From: Rhizaria sp. SCN 62-66
Lineage: Eukaryota
Reading direction: 5' to 3'
NCBI GenBank assembly: GCA_001724265.1
Contig: MEDY01000057.1
Span: 62,001-102,592 of the forward strand
DNA: 40,592 nucleotides
Shown here in pieces: positions 1 to 9,422 of this stretch (positions within the stretch are counted from its first letter, which is position 1; each line of letters opens with the position of its first letter). The notes below the pieces were generated by a model. That model did no database searches, was not told the origin of the DNA, and saw only the letters and a program-made list of their open reading frames with translations. Made by a program: the position numbers and the translations under genes.

Positions 1-2
1 AC

Positions 3-3000
3 AATGCACTGCTCGACTTGACCACTGGCTTCATCTACGAGCAGGACGACGCAGGTTCAGTGATCACGCGCCGTCGCCGTCGCTTCGACGAGGCCGCTCT
101 TGTGACGCACATGGCGTCGGGCCTCTCGCTATCTGCCGCCGAAGGTGCTGCGGTCCGTACTGCCTCGCTCGCGCCGACTGTGCGCACAGTCGGCGAGCAC
201 CTGGACGTCATGGACCCCGCGCCGCCGGCCGCGTGGCAAACACTGCTTGCACGCGCCACTCACATCCTCAACATGGTCAGCGACGGCAGTGACTTTAAGG
301 TCGACCTGGGGGGCTCGCTCTGCTACGACCGTCCGCTGCGCCGTCACATGCGCGGCGCTTGGCTGGTCTGGCTGATCAATCGCGCTCTTAAGGACGACCT
401 CGGCGGTGGCAGTGAACGCCTCGGCTTCCTCTTCATCCTCGAACTTCTCCAAGGCACGCGTGTACCTGCCGTTTGGGAGACGGTGCAGACGCGCGCTGAG
501 CGCCGCACCCGCGGCAAAGACGTGCGTGCCAAACGCACCGCGCGCGCCGAGGCTCACAAGCTCAAGAAGAGCGCTGCTGCTACTGCAACAGCTTCTTCGA
601 CTGACTCAAAGTCTGCTGCTGAAGAGACGCCCGCTGACGACGGCACTGCAGCCGCAATGGCGCTGATGATGGACTTCTTTGGCTCCGCGCCTCCGGTTGC
701 TGCGGAGCCGGAGAAAAAGACTGACGCTGCAAAGTCCAAGGATGATAAGGCCTCTGGCACCGACAAAGACAAGAAGGACAATAAGGGCGACAAGCCCAGC
801 GCACTGGCGACTGCACTGCAAACGCGCAAGCTGCGGCAGAAGTTGCTGCGCGGCGCGACGCTGAAGCCGACCGAGCTGGTAAAGCTGGATGATCAGGCGA
901 TGATTAGTGAGCATCGGCGCGAGCGTGTATATGGCGACGCAGACGGCGCCGCGCTAGCGGAACTCGTCGCTCAGTGGCTGCATCTAGATTTCCAGGGACA
1001 ACGCGGCCGTCAATCAGACATGGGTCTGATCCAGTTCCTCTTGTTGCAGGTGGCTATGCGCCAGCGCGACGCCGCTGTAGCCTACGACGAAGCTATGGCA
1101 GCTGCTCAAGCGACGACAGCATCTAAGGCCCCAGTTGACTCCACAACATTTGCTTCCTCTGCAAGCGCATCTGCTGAGTATGCGCTCTCCATTCCGCCCA
1201 GTGCAGACCCAGCACACGCTGCTGAGGTTGCCACAGCTCACGCTGCCTGGCTTGCACACCTCGAGGAGACTGCGCCGACGACGAGTACCACGACGACTAA
1301 GGTTGCGCAGCCTGCCAAGGTCGATGTCAAGGCGTTGGCGATGCTCGCTCAGTCGACACCCATCCTGCAAACGCAGCTGAACCTGCGCGTGCTGCGGCCG
1401 CGCTTAGCCAAGACAGTGACCGTGGGCAAGGCGGAAAAGGACGGCCCCACGCCATTCTTTACATTGTGGATGGAGTCCGTCGCGTGCGCCGCACACGCGC
1501 TTGTGACCAACGACATGTGTTGGATCTCGCAGGTCCAGGGCCAGGGCGCTACGGCTGAGAACATCAAGGCGGGACAGACCGCGGCTGCTGCTGCGCTGGC
1601 GCGCTCGGCGGCCGTCACGCTGACACGCCCTATTGAGCTCGCCGCTGGCAGCGCGCCTGACCGCAGTCAGTCTGAGCGCTTACTTGACCCTTCGCTTCTG
1701 CCTGCTCACCTGCGTGTGTCGCAACGCGAGTTGGAGGAGTTGCTCTCACAGCCGCTGTTTGCCGCTGATGCCCCGCGCCACGTCGCGCTGCACGGTGGAG
1801 ACTGCTTTGCGCGCACGTCGGACAAGGATCAAGAGCCTACTTTGCCGTTCGACTTGGTTGCGCACCCTGCGTTAGCGGCCCCGCAAGCACGCGCGATGCT
1901 GCAACGTATCCAGACTGACTTTGCGCTGCACGCTCGTAGCCGCAATGCTGCTGCGATACCCGCCGTGCCCGAGCTGGTCGACCTCCTTGCAAGCGCGCAG
2001 AGCGCTGGCGCTTCAACATCCGAAGCCGTCGCGACCGCAGCAGCGGCGCGGCTGGGTGCTATTGTGGCATCGCTGCGCGCGCTTTTGCAAAGCGACGTGG
2101 TGTACACGGCCCGCGCGCGTGTGTTTATTGAGTGGGCAGCGAACCGCATCCCGTTGACACCAGTCGCTCTCTGTGACTTCGATGCTTCGCCGATGCCCTC
2201 GCCTTCCGCACTGCTTGGTACACCTTTGCTTGTGCGCGCGCCGTCGCTCGCGCGCTCCATATCGATGGGTGTTTCGGCGGTGCAGCCCAGCGAGCTGCTG
2301 CGCAATGCTTCTGCGGTCACTGGCTCTAAGGCTGGCCTCACACTTGCGCGCGCGGCCAGTGCCACCGCGATGATAATCGAGGCTGAGCCTCAGACCGGTG
2401 AAGAGGCTTCCGCTGCTCTCCGCCGCCCGCTCGCTGTTCTCTCGCCGCATAATACTGCCGGCGCTGCTTTCCCGTCGTTGAACATAGTGCTGAAGCATAT
2501 CATGGGCGAGAACACCCCGCGCGGCGCCCAGGCGTGGCTCGAACATTGGGCGCGATCGTCACAGCTCGCTCCTCTTAGTCTGCTTCTGTGCGAGAGCACA
2601 AGTGCTCTGGTGCAAGCCGCAACCGCCGACGTCGTTGCTCTCCTACGCGCACTGCCTAACTCTCACCCACTTCGTCGTGCCGCTGCCTATACATCAACGT
2701 CATCCAGTGCTGTAGAGCTCGTCGCTCTTCGCACTGACCTTTCGCAGCTGACCACCGACGCCGCGTGTGTGCAGTGGACGTTGCGTCAGGCTAGACCGGA
2801 TGCCGCTGCTACTGAGGCACACCCGCACACTGTACTTGAGCAGGCAGCGCTTGACGCTCTTAAGGCTGTTGCTGCGGGTCCTGCTCTCACGGCAGCGGTA
2901 GCGTCGACCGCAAAGTTACAAGATACGGCCCGCGGACTTGTTGCTCTATCGCGATATGTCCGTCAGGTTAACGCGCTCGCGGCAGCTGCTGCCACGTCTG

Positions 3001-6000
3001 GCGACATCACGCGTGCAGCGAAGCTCATGTCCGCCTGTGAGCGCGCTCGCACCCGGGTTTCCGCCTTACGCGCCCGCGTTCGCGTGCTGCTTATGTTGGC
3101 ACTAGTACGCGCGCGCAACAGCTCGGACGCGAATGCTTGCGCTGCTGTGTCGTTCCAGAATGACACGCTTCCTCGTGTGGCATCGCTTGTAGCTGCTGCC
3201 TTGGCTCGGCGCGCGCACCTGGCCGATGCTGCAGCGTCCCGCATTGCTCTGCTGCGCGGTTACGCAGGCGAGGGCCCCGTGCGCCGCGTGCCGGACCTTG
3301 TCGCGGGCTTCATGTCGACCTCGTGCGACGGCCATGACGCGCCCTTCCTGCCGCGTCTGGCCGCGCGCGTGGGCGACGACGAGAGCGCTGCGCGTGTCAT
3401 GACAGTGCTTGCAATCTACATGCTGCGCGTCAATCGCCAGTGCCTTGTTCAGCGCGCTTTGCAGTCGGCGCGCGCTGTTGCGAACAAGCTCGCAACTGTC
3501 GGCCTTATTTCGCTTCGCGGTACTGGCCAGCTGCCGCGTGTGGCGTCGCCGCGTGCTCTCGAGGTGGGCTGCATGCTTACACTCAAGCAGCAGGCGCGCG
3601 CACTTGCTCTTGCGCTTACGACAGGCCGTTTCTATGCCACGGGTGTGGCTTCAGATGACTCTTCTGAAGACCGGGCTGTGACTGTTGACCCGCGTTTCCT
3701 TGCATTCGAGTACACGTTCGATATTGTGCTACGCCGAGAACAAGTCGAGCTTGTTCGCTCCTTTATTGGTGCTAATACTGCCCCCATGCCTGTCATTAAT
3801 ACGCCTGCGCTTGCTGCCACATCGACAGCAACATCATGTTTCCAACCGTTGCTTGCGCCTACACTCGGAAGCCACACCAGCGTCCGTTTGCGGGCACTGC
3901 GCCCTGCCTCGGGTCTGAAGTTCCGCTTGTCGCTTGCATGTGCCTCGTCGGTTACCGATTACGACAGCGCCGACGTAAACGCTGCATTCTGTGCACTCGC
4001 AACAGCTGACAAGGCACGCAAAGCAACGCCGGCTCCTGACTTCTCTGCAGTCACTGCTGCTATGCGCGCGAGTGCGACTGTGACGCTGCCGTCATGCGTT
4101 CATCAGATGCTCATGGGTGCGGGTAAGACGACCGTTGTTGGTCCTCTGACAATGCTCATTGCAACTTCGCAGCCGCATACACCCGTTAGGGCGCGCCGTG
4201 TCGTGGTCAACGCCGTGCCGTCTGCACTGCTGCAGATGTCGACGTCGGTGCTGCGCGCGCGCTTTACATCAACGTTTGCGATCCCAGTGTGCACCTTCGC
4301 CTTCCAGCGCGACATGGGCGGTCCGCTTGGACTGGGCTCCACGGGCCCGCACAAGACTGCGGCGCGCTGCAAGAAGGCCGAGGAGTGGCTCGACGCGCAC
4401 CGCACGCCGCTTGTCTACGACGTTGGCAAGGCTGTCACGCAGATGTTCCACGACGGCATCTGCATGCGCGCGCTGAACGGTGTGCGTGACAAGGCGCGCG
4501 AACTCGCGGATGACCACAGCAACCACCACCGGCGCCACGGTGGCGATGATAGTGACGATGAGGAGGCCGACGAAGCGAAGACCCGCGACCGCATCACACC
4601 CGAGTTCACGCGTCCCTTCATCGGCGAGCCTCCCGCTGCGGCCGATGTCGCCTTCCTGGACGAGCTTCATGCCCAGCTAAAGCAGGCATGTGAGCGCTCT
4701 GCTGTTGTGGTCTGCACCGACGTTGCGCTTAAGTCGGTTATGCTCAAGGCTGTTGAGGTCCAGAATGCACTTTGTAACCTTGCGAAGTCGCTTGCCACGC
4801 GCATTATTACTGGTAGTGCGTCGGGTGCTGCTGGCGCCGCAGGTGCGGCAGTTGAGACTACAGCGACGCGCGCGGCAGTGGAGGCAAAGACGCTTGAGAT
4901 TCTCACTATGGAGGGCAACGCCACAATTCCTGTGCGCTGCCGTTTCCCGCACACGTCTCTGCAGTTCTTCACACTCCGCGCCGCGCTGACGCAGCTGCGT
5001 GCTGTGCTGGCTCTTTTGCGCCGCGGCCCCCTTGTGGTGGATGAGGTTGATGAGGTTATGCACCCGTTGCGCTCCGAACTCAATTTCCCCATCGGCGAGC
5101 GCAAGCGTCTTGAGCCCGCGCCTGCGCGTTGGCAACTCCCGCTCGCGCTGTTTGACGCGCTCAGTGTTGCATTCGTTGCCGCCACAGCTGCAGAGTTCTC
5201 GGTCTCTCAACGGATTGTTGCTGAGACTGACGTCGGCCTGCCACTCTCTCTGAGTGCACACGGCCAGACCGCGCTACAGACGCTTGCTTCGGCGCTGCGT
5301 GACGGACTTGCAGCGCAGACTGTGCTGCAACAACCGCACCTTATTCTTCTCGACGCTGCCTTCTACCGTGCGCGCATGCTTGCCCCCATTGCTGAGTGGG
5401 TTGGCACATTCCTCCGGGCCAACAACGTCGAGCTTCCAGCCAATTCCACAGTCGCTTCCACCGACGACAAGAACACAATCGCGGATTACTTGCTCGCCCC
5501 GGCTGTGGCCCCCGACTGCTACCCCGGTTCCGCCATCGCATCCGCCGGGCTGTCTGAGACTGCGGTCGGCCTGCTGAATCTGTCGCGCGACTGGGTGCAC
5601 ACGTTCTTACCGCACACACTGGGCAAGACGGTGTGCGTGAGCTACGGTCTGCTCTCGCCCGCGTACCTGGCGTCGCGGCCCACGCAGCCTCTATCGCGCA
5701 CGCTCACTGCCGTGCCGTACGCAGGCAAGGACGCGCCGATGCCCGCGTCCGAGTTTGCGCATCCCGACGTGCTGGCGGGCTTCACAGTGCTTGCGTACCT
5801 CACTCAGGGCCTGCGCCGCTCAGACGTGCGACAGCTGCTCACTCAGCTTAAGGCGCAGCTGCTGCGTGAGCTCGGCCCGCAGAGCGAGCGCCCCGCTGCT
5901 CTTTTGTTCGACGGATGGATGCGCACTGCGCTGTGGCGTGCGCGCCCCGGCGAGTACGCATCCCCCGCTGCAGTGCCCGTCGCTGCCGTGCCGCTATCGT

Positions 6001-9000
6001 TGGCGACGCTGCAGCATGGTGACCCAGCGCAGCTGAGTTCGGCGCACCGCTGGCTGTGTCGTGTCCCGGCGGTGGTGGAGCGCTACCTCACGCAAATCGT
6101 GTTCCCTGCCGTCATGAAGCGCCAGGAGACGAATCTCTCGGTGGCCGGTTTTGATCTCGGTGCGACAGGCATATTTGCCAGCGCGATTGGCTTCTCTGGC
6201 ACGCCGTCAGACATGCTTCCGGCGGCTCTTGGAAGCTGCCACTTCGAGCGCGGCTCTGAAGGCAAGATCGTGTCGACACTCACAGACGCCGCCGTCGTGA
6301 GCACGACCGCGCTGTCTACCGACTGGACCGTGCGCTCGGTGCTTCGCGCCATCGCTACAGCGGGCGCTGATGGAGGCCAACCGCTTCACGCTCTCATCGA
6401 CACGGGTGCTTTGGTCACGGGACTGAGCAACCAGGCTGTTGCGTCGTTCCTGCTCACAAGCGGTCTCGCGCACGTTGACGGCGTTGTCTTCCTCGGCCCT
6501 GACGACGCCCCGCTCGTGATGCTGCGCGGCGCGGACCGCCACGGACGCCGGCCTGTGATTCCGCTCGCGCAATGCGGTTTACCCGTCGAGCGCCGTTTCA
6601 CCTTTTATGACCAGGTGCACACGGTCGGTATCGACGTAGCGCAGGCGCCGAACGCTGTTGCCGCAGTCACGCTTGGCAAGGACATGACGCTGCGTCACTA
6701 CTCGCAGGGTGCATACCGCATGCGTGGCATTGGTCAGGGCCAGCGTGTGTCCGTGTTTGTCCCGCCGGAGATCCAGAACCTTGTCGCCACCGCCCTCGGC
6801 TCCGATGCGACCCGCGTCCCGACTCCCTCAGACGTGGTGGCATGGCTGCTTACGACCACGGCGTCGTCAGAGGGCGTGCAGTTTGTTCAGCACTGTAAGT
6901 ACGCTGCCCGCGAGGGTGTGCGCCGCGCAGTCGCTGACGCGCTCGTCACCGCGCCCACAACGATGCGCCCCGCCTATCTGCAGTACTTCACTGAGGCCAT
7001 CACACACGGGCTCGAGCCCCGTGTCCCCGTCGTGCGCTCGCTTGCGCACGTGCTCGGAGACGAAGCTGCGGCCGTGCCCGCGCCGCTGCGTGAAGAGCGT
7101 CTCGTGAAGCCGTACACCCTCGCCGTTGCCGCTCTGGCAGCCGCGGCGGCGGGTTCGGCGCAGCAGACTGGCGCGGCGACCGGCCGGCTGGAGCAGGAGA
7201 TGGTGAACGAGCAGGAGGTCGAGGTCGAGGAGCAGGCCGTGCAGCAGAGCATGCACACTGCCGGCTTTGCTGAGGACGACGATAACCGGCCGTGGGAGCT
7301 GGCACGCTTCGTGCTTCCGGCGTCCAAGTCCGCTGATGCAACCGCCTTCGGTGACGAGGATGAGATGGATGGGACCGCGTCAGAGTCCACTACAGCTGGC
7401 AACGGCGCTCTGTCTGCTCAGCAGGTGACAGCACAACATGCGTCGCAGTTGGATGCTGACCTCGCGGCGCATCGCGCGTCACTTGCGGGCACGCCCTCTG
7501 CTGACGCGTTTGAGTCGATCTTCTCGATCATGACGGCGATGCCAGAGATGTTTGGAACGATGCGTGCAAACTGGGATAACGACGCACAGACGCGTCTTCT
7601 TACACGCGTTTTTACTAGCAAGTACCCTGAACTTGCTGCGCAGCTGCCTCCTCTTGCTGATCCGGCTGCTCCTGTTTCCGCAACGGCGGAACAGACTGCT
7701 GCCGCTTCAGCCTTTGCCGACTTCTTTGGTGGAGGATTCTCTGCTGCGTCCGAGCCCGTCGCTGCAGGGGCCTCCGCGGAAGTGACGGCTGCCGCGTCCA
7801 CATTTGCCGACTTCTTTGGAGGAGGCGTGGCTGCTCCCGAACCCGTCGCGACTCCTGCTGTTTCTGTTGCTGTGGTCGAGGCTGCTGTCCAAAAGTCCAT
7901 CATTGCTGCAACTGAAATCAGTGCCTTGGCGACTGGACCCGTGCATGCGACGCCTGTGGGCGCGAGCGGCATCCCCGGTCTGACGTCGATTGAGAGTCGT
8001 GTGCTGCCGTTGCCCCTGGCGGCGTGCTACAGTCGTTTCTTCGCTCCGCCTGTGACTCAGACTGACGCTGCTATTGACGTCGTTCACCGGCTGCACAACG
8101 TGAATATCGTTGCAGAGTGGCACATTGCCACGCGCGGTGACTCCGCTGCTAGGGCGGCAGCCACACGTCTGCCCGCTGCAGTTGCGGGCGCCGACCTCAC
8201 GCGGGCTTGCGCTATCGCTGCGCGCGCTGCATTGGCTACGGGAGAGCCCCCGCGTGCGTTCCTTTCCCGTGCGCTGAAGACTGCAGGTATGGCTGCTGAA
8301 GCTGTACGGATGGATAGTGCATCTGGCAGCACCGCCACTGATGACGATGCAGTCGCGGCTCTCAACGTCTCAGCTGCGCAAGCCTTGACGGACGAGTATC
8401 ACGCTTCGCGTGCCGTCAGCCATGCGATTGAAGGAGACAGCACTGTTTCGACCCGCCTTGTTGCATTGACGTTGGCCGAGGCCGCAGGGCTACGTCGCGC
8501 GCTGCATTCGGGCTCGCTGCATCGTCTCGTTGCCGCATGCACGCGCGCTGCCGGCACAAACACGGCGAGGTCGTGGCTAGTCGGCGCGGCGGTGACGCTG
8601 CGCGTGGTGACCGCGGACGGCACAGCGAAGCCCCTTGACTCGTGGTCGTCGTGGGAAGGCGCTCCAGCAAGCCCTGCCGTTGCAGCTGCTGCAGCACACG
8701 CAGGAACATGGCTGGCGTCAGCGGCAGGTGCGACTGCATTGCAGATGTTGCGTTTCCTTGATAACTCGGTTTACTTCACTGAGGTTGAGCTCGCCACCCT
8801 TGCACGTGCACTCGCCGCTCTGCCGCTGCGTCTGCGTAAAGCTCTCTTCACCAAGACCGCCGCGAGCCGCTTGCGCTCTTGTGCTGATGGCACTGGCACG
8901 CCTGTCGAGCGTGCGCTTACGCTCCCGGGTCCTGCTCGTTCAGCCCTTGCAGCCACCCTGGGTGCTGCGCTGCGCTATTCACTGCTTACGCGTGCGCGAA

Positions 9001-9287
9001 ATGCTGTTTCATCAACGGCTACTGCCTCAACAGACCACAATTCTGTTGCGGAGCGTGCGTTCGCTCTGCTCGATAAGACTGGCCACGGCCGTATCTGCGT
9101 GGACGATGTCGCCGCGGCTCTTGCTAACGCTGCTGCGACTCCCGAGGAGCGCGGAACAGCGCGCACTATTGAGGCTCGCTGTGTCATGCAAGCTATGGGC
9201 TCTGGCGCTGATGGTTCCGTGAGCTACCGTGCTTTTGCTACTTGGTTGATGGGCGCTTCTTCCGCCGAGGAGAAATCATATGTATAA
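3..9287 (+). CDS. Giant DUF3638/DUF3645-containing SF2-helicase-like P-loop NTPase with C-terminal EF-hand-like pair (gene A; 5'-partial, >=3094 aa)
   Basis: The frame is open from the window edge (AAT GCA CTG CTC GAC TTG...), so the TTG at 18 is not the real start. It ends at TAA 9285-9287 with an abrupt shift to AT-rich DNA. Motifs: QMLMGAGKTTVVGPL (~4104-4148), DEVDEVMHP (~5040), AVPYAGKDAPMPASEFAHPDV (DUF3645-like, ~5710-5770), GFSGT (~6189), HALIDTGAL, FYDQVHTVGID, QGAYRMRG (~6705), EF-hand-like loop DKTGHGRICVDD (9072-9107). Collinear with gene B. Confidence 0.88.
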   Translation, partial: NALLDLTTGFIYEQDDAGSVITRRRRRFDEAALVTHMASGLSLSAAEGAAVRTASLAPTVRTVGEHLDVMDPAPPAAWQTLLARATHILNMVSDGSDFKVDLGGSLCYDRPLRRHMRGAWLVWLINRALKDDLGGGSERLGFLFILELLQGTRVPAVWETVQTRAERRTRGKDVRAKRTARAEAHKLKKSAAATATASSTDSKSAAEETPADDGTAAAMALMMDFFGSAPPVAAEPEKKTDAAKSKDDKASGTDKDKKDNKGDKPSALATALQTRKLRQKLLRGATLKPTELVKLDDQAMISEHRRERVYGDADGAALAELVAQWLHLDFQGQRGRQSDMGLIQFLLLQVAMRQRDAAVAYDEAMAAAQATTASKAPVDSTTFASSASASAEYALSIPPSADPAHAAEVATAHAAWLAHLEETAPTTSTTTTKVAQPAKVDVKALAMLAQSTPILQTQLNLRVLRPRLAKTVTVGKAEKDGPTPFFTLWMESVACAAHALVTNDMCWISQVQGQGATAENIKAGQTAAAAALARSAAVTLTRPIELAAGSAPDRSQSERLLDPSLLPAHLRVSQRELEELLSQPLFAADAPRHVALHGGDCFARTSDKDQEPTLPFDLVAHPALAAPQARAMLQRIQTDFALHARSRNAAAIPAVPELVDLLASAQSAGASTSEAVATAAAARLGAIVASLRALLQSDVVYTARARVFIEWAANRIPLTPVALCDFDASPMPSPSALLGTPLLVRAPSLARSISMGVSAVQPSELLRNASAVTGSKAGLTLARAASATAMIIEAEPQTGEEASAALRRPLAVLSPHNTAGAAFPSLNIVLKHIMGENTPRGAQAWLEHWARSSQLAPLSLLLCESTSALVQAATADVVALLRALPNSHPLRRAAAYTSTSSSAVELVALRTDLSQLTTDAACVQWTLRQARPDAAATEAHPHTVLEQAALDALKAVAAGPALTAAVASTAKLQDTARGLVALSRYVRQVNALAAAAATSGDITRAAKLMSACERARTRVSALRARVRVLLMLALVRARNSSDANACAAVSFQNDTLPRVASLVAAALARRAHLADAAASRIALLRGYAGEGPVRRVPDLVAGFMSTSCDGHDAPFLPRLAARVGDDESAARVMTVLAIYMLRVNRQCLVQRALQSARAVANKLATVGLISLRGTGQLPRVASPRALEVGCMLTLKQQARALALALTTGRFYATGVASDDSSEDRAVTVDPRFLAFEYTFDIVLRREQVELVRSFIGANTAPMPVINTPALAATSTATSCFQPLLAPTLGSHTSVRLRALRPASGLKFRLSLACASSVTDYDSADVNAAFCALATADKARKATPAPDFSAVTAAMRASATVTLPSCVHQMLMGAGKTTVVGPLTMLIATSQPHTPVRARRVVVNAVPSALLQMSTSVLRARFTSTFAIPVCTFAFQRDMGGPLGLGSTGPHKTAARCKKAEEWLDAHRTPLVYDVGKAVTQMFHDGICMRALNGVRDKARELADDHSNHHRRHGGDDSDDEEADEAKTRDRITPEFTRPFIGEPPAAADVAFLDELHAQLKQACERSAVVVCTDVALKSVMLKAVEVQNALCNLAKSLATRIITGSASGAAGAAGAAVETTATRAAVEAKTLEILTMEGNATIPVRCRFPHTSLQFFTLRAALTQLRAVLALLRRGPLVVDEVDEVMHPLRSELNFPIGERKRLEPAPARWQLPLALFDALSVAFVAATAAEFSVSQRIVAETDVGLPLSLSAHGQTALQTLASALRDGLAAQTVLQQPHLILLDAAFYRARMLAPIAEWVGTFLRANNVELPANSTVASTDDKNTIADYLLAPAVAPDCYPGSAIASAGLSETAVGLLNLSRDWVHTFLPHTLGKTVCVSYGLLSPAYLASRPTQPLSRTLTAVPYAGKDAPMPASEFAHPDVLAGFTVLAYLTQGLRRSDVRQLLTQLKAQLLRELGPQSERPAALLFDGWMRTALWRARPGEYASPAAVPVAAVPLSLATLQHGDPAQLSSAHRWLCRVPAVVERYLTQIVFPAVMKRQETNLSVAGFDLGATGIFASAIGFSGTPSDMLPAALGSCHFERGSEGKIVSTLTDAAVVSTTALSTDWTVRSVLRAIATAGADGGQPLHALIDTGALVTGLSNQAVASFLLTSGLAHVDGVVFLGPDDAPLVMLRGADRHGRRPVIPLAQCGLPVERRFTFYDQVHTVGIDVAQAPNAVAAVTLGKDMTLRHYSQGAYRMRGIGQGQRVSVFVPPEIQNLVATALGSDATRVPTPSDVVAWLLTTTASSEGVQFVQHCKYAAREGVRRAVADALVTAPTTMRPAYLQYFTEAITHGLEPRVPVVRSLAHVLGDEAAAVPAPLREERLVKPYTLAVAALAAAAAGSAQQTGAATGRLEQEMVNEQEVEVEEQAVQQSMHTAGFAEDDDNRPWELARFVLPASKSADATAFGDEDEMDGTASESTTAGNGALSAQQVTAQHASQLDADLAAHRASLAGTPSADAFESIFSIMTAMPEMFGTMRANWDNDAQTRLLTRVFTSKYPELAAQLPPLADPAAPVSATAEQTAAASAFADFFGGGFSAASEPVAAGASAEVTAAASTFADFFGGGVAAPEPVATPAVSVAVVEAAVQKSIIAATEISALATGPVHATPVGASGIPGLTSIESRVLPLPLAACYSRFFAPPVTQTDAAIDVVHRLHNVNIVAEWHIATRGDSAARAAATRLPAAVAGADLTRACAIAARAALATGEPPRAFLSRALKTAGMAAEAVRMDSASGSTATDDDAVAALNVSAAQALTDEYHASRAVSHAIEGDSTVSTRLVALTLAEAAGLRRALHSGSLHRLVAACTRAAGTNTARSWLVGAAVTLRVVTADGTAKPLDSWSSWEGAPASPAVAAAAAHAGTWLASAAGATALQMLRFLDNSVYFTEVELATLARALAALPLRLRKALFTKTAASRLRSCADGTGTPVERALTLPGPARSALAATLGAALRYSLLTRARNAVSSTATASTDHNSVAERAFALLDKTGHGRICVDDVAAALANAAATPEERGTARTIEARCVMQAMGSGADGSVSYRAFATWLMGASSAEEKSYV
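7698..7850 (+). repeat. Two-copy 90-nt-period intragenic repeat (AAAS[A/T]FADFFGGG...EPVA)
   Basis: tttgccgacttctttgg starts at 7713 and 7803; peptides AAASAFADFFGGGFSAASEPVA and AAASTFADFFGGGVAAPEPVA. Confidence 0.85.
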
Positions 9288-9422
9288 TAGTACGGTGGAT
9301 GTTTTTCACTTTATTTCTTAAATTAGTTATCATAATCTTTTGTTAATACTTGTACCTGGACATAATAAAATGCCGATTCCTTTCAAAATCCTTTCCATGA
9401 AAATCACCTCTACGACTCGATC

